Assembly (NCBI GenBank): GCA_965235115.1 | Contig: OZ249448.1 | Span: 23,188,001-23,252,000, forward strand | DNA length: 64,000 nucleotides | Source of the DNA: Laetmonice hystrix | Taxonomy: Eukaryota | Reading direction: 5' to 3' | Part shown: positions 58,331-64,000 of the stretch, in pieces | How positions within the stretch are numbered: position 1 is the first letter of the stretch | Layout of the letters: each line of letters opens with the position of its first letter | Notes under the pieces: generated by a model | The model's input: only the letters and a program-made list of their open reading frames with translations | Database searches by the model: none | Told to the model about the DNA's origin: nothing | Translations under genes and position numbers: made by a program

Positions 58331-58941
58331 TGGATGAGATTGACAGACACGCCGGAACCGGATGTCCTTCCCATTGACGACAACGATTATTTTACACGTA
58401 CCACAGTACGGATAGAGTTGTACACTCAGAACCTTTGGTAACCTGGCCCTGAGGCTAGTAAGTGGCCTATGGAGTAGCCATAGAGTACATTATGCTATGG
58501 TAGAGACTATGCTTTCACTGTACTTCTGTCTAATACAGACGCAGAAACAGAACCAAAGTGTTTTGCTTTCAGTAAGAAATTGTTGACATAACCTCAGCAC
58601 CTTTTGCCGAATACGGGAATGCATACGTCATCCTATAATATTCAGCCTTGGGTGGAAGTAAATTATCAGCGTGCTTACATGTGTGTGTAAATCCGACCAG
58701 GGTGAAGTGTACAGGGAAACGTTATTCTGAGATGTTGAGCATTGCTCCGAAGTACAAAGAGATTTCTAAAGTACATGTATATGAAAGGACTCGGTGGATA
58801 TTAAGGGGTTCACTCGTCTGGTACCAATAAATGCGGCTGTATGTGTACAGGATGTGGCACCGTCAGGGAAAGAACAAGGCAATATTTCCACGAGATAAAA
58901 ATCTGTTGCAACCATCAACCTGGAATTGTGATTTATTTCTG

Positions 58942-59330
58942 AGCACTGTATGTGGGAATTTATTTACTGTATGTGGGTATTTATCTACTCTATGTGGGTA
59001 TTTATCTACTGTATGTGGGTATTTATCTACTCTATGTGGGTATTTATCTACTGTATGTGGGTATTTATCTACTGTATATGGGTATTTATCTACTGTATGT
59101 AGGTATTTATCTACTGCATGTAGGTATTTATCCACTGTATGTAGGTATCTATCTACTGTATGTGGGTATTTATCCACTGTATGTGGGTATTTATCCACTG
59201 TATGTGGGTATTTATCTACTGTATGTAGGCATTTACCTACTGTATGTGGGTATTTCTCCACTGTACGTGGGTATTTATCTACTGTATGTGGTAATTTTAT
59301 CTACTGTATGCAGGTATTTATCTATAATGA
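58942..59330. repeat. Minisatellite, 21-bp unit, ~18 copies
   Basis: Unit tatttatctactgtatgtggg. Confidence 0.95.
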
Positions 59331-59496
59331 AGTATATCCCATATTTTAAATGGCGCATAATTATTAGGTTGAGAATGTAAATTTTATCGTCTAAGACCAA
59401 AACTTTGATTGTGTCTGTGTATGCATGTATACATGGATATTTAAATGATTACTTGTCAAAATAATTCCTTAATTCAAGGTGAAAGCCCGTTTTAAA

Positions 59497-59540
59497 TGAA
59501 TGAATGAATGAATGAATGAATGAATGAATGAATGAATGAA
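59497..59540. repeat. (TGAA)n microsatellite
   Basis: Direct inspection. Confidence 0.95.
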
Positions 59541-59577
59541 CGTAATAGAGAAATTCCCAGGTAAAAGGCCTATGTTA

Positions 59578-59760
59578 AGCCGGGTGTGTCGTTTTCGTTA
59601 TCCGTTTCCGTTATCCGTTTCCGATTCGATCGTTTATGCCTATTTCCTGGGCGCGTTCCCATGTGCACTATCGGACTACGAAACGTACACATGGAAACGC
59701 TCGAGGCATAAACGATCGGAAACGGATAACGGAAACGTACGCAGTTATGGAAACCCGGCT
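59578..59760. mobile_element. PIF/Harbinger-like MITE (183 bp)
   Basis: Termini agccgggt / acccggct, internal inverted arms (ccgtttccgttatccgtttccga..tcgtttatgcct / aggcataaacgatcggaaacggataacggaaacg), TTA on both flanks. Confidence 0.85.
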
Positions 59761-60334
59761 TTATGTCCAAACCATAGGGACCAACCCATTGAGATAATCT
59801 GTCGTCACATTAACTGCATGTGCCGCCCATAGGCCTATATTATATACTGAACTAAATAGCAGCATATTATAGCCATAGACAATCTATCTCTATAAGCCTC
59901 CTGGGTGGGAGCCAAGTGACTTTGGCATTATAAGTAGATGTCTGACTCGTGCAATAATCTTTTACAATCGACGTGTTCCCACGTCACTTTGGCTTGCTCT
60001 CAAACACTGAATTTTCATATAAACTTTCAAACCAATTTATCGTCTTCTTGAATAACACTTGCGCATCAAAGTGTTAACGTATGCCAATGTGAAATGAACG
60101 CCTTCAGTGTAGAGAGACCATACTCACCGAGACAGTGTATATTAAACATAGACCAAGGAACATGTCTTTGATAATGAAGCCATTGAATGCTCTATCTGTC
60201 CCTTTGATACGGTCAGAGAAAGGCCTCTCGGTTTCTTCATTAGTTTCATTGTCCGTTACTTTCGGTCACTCATACTGTTTGTAAGTATAGAACAAAGGGA
60301 TGGAAGGATACGCTGATCATTTGGTTCCAGTAGT

Positions 60335-60515
60335 CTCTGGTTTATGGCGTGCCAATCGTCCATTAACTGATTGCATGTTCAACAGTCGCCGGTGACGTGT
60401 TGCAAGGAGTCTCTGGATTATGGCGTGCCGATCGTCCATTGGTTGTCCAAGCTGTCGCCGGTGACGTCTTGTTTATGGCGTGCCAATCGTCCATTAACTG
60501 ATTGCATGTTCAACA
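60335..60515. repeat. Local tandem duplication
   Basis: tttatggcgtgccaatcgtccattaactgattgcatgttcaacagtcgccggtgacgtgttgc is repeated, with an intervening partial copy. Confidence 0.85.
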
Positions 60516-62328
60516 GTCGCCGGTGACGTGTTGCCAGTCGCCTGGTTTATGGTGTGCCGGTCTGCCTGATTTTTGGTTTCCAGGGCCACAGTTCGAGATA
60601 TAGACTAAGTAGTCCCGGCCACAGAAAGAAGCCACACTCAGTGACACGCGACATGTTAAAATGTACCCTTCATCTGGCTACCATAACGTAGAGCTCTATA
60701 AACATAAAGAACATGTTAACACACATACACACACGTTCATTGATTGGCACGAACACAGCTCCTCCTTTTGTCTCCTATCCCAGGTGGACCCCTCTCGACC
60801 TCCTGGATCAACTCCTGCTAATTGACATAATACACAGAAAGAAAGAGAGACAGAAAGATAGAGAGACAGAGAAGGACAGAGGGAGAGCGATAGAGGCTCT
60901 AGGTCATTATAAATGATGGAAATATAATTCCATAAGAAAATATCTGCTAAATATCCCCTTCCTGCTTTCCCTGCTCGCCGTATCGTTCTGTTTTCGTCCG
61001 TTGGGGGCGCCCCTATCGCCTCCTCCCGCGGTTGTTCAATGTGAGCTGCAGGCGACTCTCATCCAATAGCATTGTGGTGAACGAGCGACATCCTACCGAC
61101 ATCCCTGTAATTAACGATCTATTAACGCTCCTTACACCACCTCCAGCCTCACATATTAACTTCGATCGGCATCTCAACGCCAGAAATAAGCGGCCACTAA
61201 TGATAATCATCGGCAGCTTCTCTCGTTATTCTCAGCGTATGCCCGCTATGTCAACCTATATCGTGTCGTCAACGATGTTTAACGTCAATCGACTCAATAA
61301 TGTTGGCTTTGAAACAGTCTATTCAGATTAGTGCTACACTTAACTTAATTATACGAAACATTTATACAACAAAGGAGCCTCTAGGGCATGGAAGGGTCAT
61401 GTACAAACATGGGCAGGTTTGATTTGGTATCACATCGACCCGGTCGTGACTGAAGTAGGGCAAAAAAATATTTAAAGACGGAAAGACTGATAGAAAAATA
61501 TCCATGTGTAAATCTATCGACATCAGGGAATGAGAAAAAAATGCAATGGTCCAAAGACAAGAGAATATGTAAACAATAAGAGGGGGAGTTGCAGAGTAGG
61601 AGGCAGAGACTCGTATGCAGATATTAGTCGCGGAGAAAAATATTTTGGTTTAATTTCTCACACAGGAAGTGGTCTTTGTTATACCACCGCACAATGAACA
61701 CGCATGCGTATTGAGCTTGGTGATATTGATGTAACCATAGATAATATGTACTGTACGACGTTTGTGGACGTTATGGCCACCGTCTCAGAAACCCCTGAGG
61801 GTACCGAGAGGAGTTTATTGAATTGAACGTCAAAGTAAACGAGTGTGGGACGGTGTATACCTCGGACCACTTCACAATACAACGACAGTACGCTGTGGTA
61901 GCAGGACTCGTCCGTCAGCGCCCCCTGCCGACGGGTTTAGGTACTTTCATATGGAAATTTTCTCGCCATTATTGGAAAACACCATCTCCCGAGAGGATCC
62001 GATCCTTTCAACTGGAGGTGATACTGCATGGAGTCCGATCTGTGCCAATCCGCCCAGCCACTCCATAAACATTTCAGGTGTCCTTCGAGTACACCTTGTC
62101 CCATAGAGGACCCTTGCAGACGTGCTTTCTTGTCGATAGATGTGTGATATCCAGCTCATTGGTGAAGCAATGGTTATATTTCACATGACAAAAAGTTTTG
62201 GAGCGAGAAAGGCCTTTGGGAGGGGCGGAGGAGCGGCGTACAATAGTATTCCTGATGGGCCTTGGTCCAACCCTTTTATATGACCCAACAAACCCCTATC
62301 ACACATATCAAAATTGTACATATTTGAC

Positions 62329-62367
62329 CTTCTTCTTCTTCTTCTTCTTCTTCTTCTTCTTCTTCTT
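62329..62367. repeat. (TTC)n microsatellite
   Basis: Direct inspection. Confidence 0.95.
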
Positions 62368-63434
62368 TCCCGTGGGGATCCAGGAGACAATTTTGCCCTG
62401 TTGCCTCAGTCGCCGACATGGCGTAAAATCTCCAACTTTCCTCTTTCCGCCAGTGTGAAAGAAATCTAACCCCCTCACTCTCCTTCCGCTAGTGACAGTT
62501 TTGAAGACTGTGGCGTCTATTGTGTGTTGGAATCGGGACAGAAATATTTCATGTTTTATGATTTGCCGTGACAGGAATCAGGATCCATTGATAGCCTGGT
62601 CACCAAGGCTGGCTGTTCTATGTGTCGTCGATGTTAGTGCACGGATTGCATGAGAACCCTGCTAGGGACCCTGGCGTAGAACCCAAGCCTGGACAGGATA
62701 CATAATCTATGACAAGGTTGACTGTGGGCTGTCGTCTACAACAAATCCCGCTCATCTCTCTGTAACGGCTACGACAAAGTCAACGTTTGGGTCCCATAGT
62801 GTACAATAACCGTTGCATAAGGCGCCAGAGAGCGATGGGTACAACACATAAAAGGAAGGAAATGTTGTAGATCAATATTTATCTTCTTACCCCATGCAGA
62901 CAGGCCAGCAATATACATGTGTCCAGGAAGCGGAGCATTTTCCCGACAGATTTTTCTAAATGAATTAACTACGGATTGCCTAGCACACAGAGGTAATAAA
63001 AGGCGTTTCTTACTGGTCCGCCTTGACAAAGGCTGGATCCAGAGGTTCAAGTTGCTGCAGTCAGTTCGCAGTGAATCGTCGATTGTTTAACCGTATACCC
63101 CCGCCCACATAAAGGACCACAACTGTCATATATGACGAGCGACTAGTTTTGGAGGTCATAAGAGTAATTTCATTCACTTGTCACACAGGATGGAAACATT
63201 AGTCAATGGCTCCTATCGCTATGGAAAAAATGAGACATCTGGGACTGTAGGGGAGGGATCATTAACGGTGGAGTAGGGGATAATCACCTAGAACGATTAA
63301 CTGAAGTATCTAATTAAATATAAAAGGACATGGAGAAAAGGGAAACAAGATAAGAAATGACTATAGAAGTTTGGCCACCTGATTCCTGAGGGACCACCTA
63401 ACATCGTTTGATTTAACTCATCAAGGTACAGCTG

Positions 63435-64000
63435 CCTTACATCGTTTAGTTTACCTCATCAGTCTCCCAAGGTACAGCTGCCTTACATCGTTTAGTTTAC
63501 CTCATCAGTCTGCCAGTTACAACCGCCTTACATCGTTTAGTTTACCTCATCAGTCTGCCAGTTACAACCGCCTTACATCGTTTAGTTTACCTCATCAGTC
63601 TGCCACGTTGGAACAACCGCCTTGCATCGTTTAGTTTACCTCATCAGTCTCCCAGTTACAACCGCCTTACATCGTTTAGTTTACCTCATCAGTCTCCCAG
63701 TTACAACCGCCTTACATTGTTTAGTTTACCTCATCAGTCCCCTCAGTCACAACCGCCTTACATCGTTTAGTTTACCTCATCAGTCTCCCAGTTACAACCG
63801 CCTTACATCGTTTAGTTTACCTCATCAGTCTCCCAGTTACAACCGCCTTACATATTTTAGTTTACCTCATCAGTCTCCCAGTTACAACCGCCTTACATCG
63901 TTTAGTTTACCTCATCAGTCCCCTCAGTTACAACCGACTTACATCGTTTAGTTTACCTCATCAGTCCGCTCAGTTACAACCGCCTTACATCGTTTAGTTT
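63435..64000. repeat. Minisatellite, 45-46-bp unit, running off the right edge
   Basis: Unit cttacatcgtttagtttacctcatcagtctcccagttacaaccgc. Confidence 0.97.

Noticed and set aside
58831-59380. ORFs of 132-172 aa with 7-aa periodicity
   Set aside because: Translation of the 21-bp minisatellite.
63435-64000. Repeated CTGATGAG (minus strand) suggesting tandem hammerhead ribozymes
   Set aside because: The required GAAA core and stems I-III are absent; the sequence continues GTAAACTAAAC.

Overview
This is a eukaryotic (animal) genomic window with GT-AG introns; the lophotrochozoan/annelid-like assignment is inference only. Joining exons by hand gives five genes. (1) The 5' part of ANKRD13 (A/B/D type), minus strand, 8 coding exons, running off the left edge. 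(2) A complete 19-exon GIT ArfGAP gene (744 aa), plus strand, head-to-head with ANKRD13. (3) A 10-exon MRPL44 (349 aa), minus strand. (4) A 3-exon MRPL57/mL63 (109 aa), plus strand, starting only 486 bp from MRPL44 and nearly invisible in the ORF track. (5) A class A peptide GPCR of the FMRFamide-receptor-like group with an intronless CDS (376 aa). Introns and intergenic DNA contain many minisatellites, which produce most of the long spurious ORFs, plus MITEs, a tRNA-derived SINE and a decayed Mutator-like transposase fragment. Main points of interest: two divergent gene pairs (one matching the vertebrate GIT/ANKRD13 arrangement, one pairing two mitoribosomal large-subunit genes), candidate micro/cassette exons in GIT, tandem repeats that duplicate splice sites or Pol III B-boxes, and CAG...CTG MITEs with apparent 5-bp target-site duplications. 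There is no prokaryotic system, CRISPR array or intact autonomous transposon. All homology calls are from recognised motifs, not database searches.
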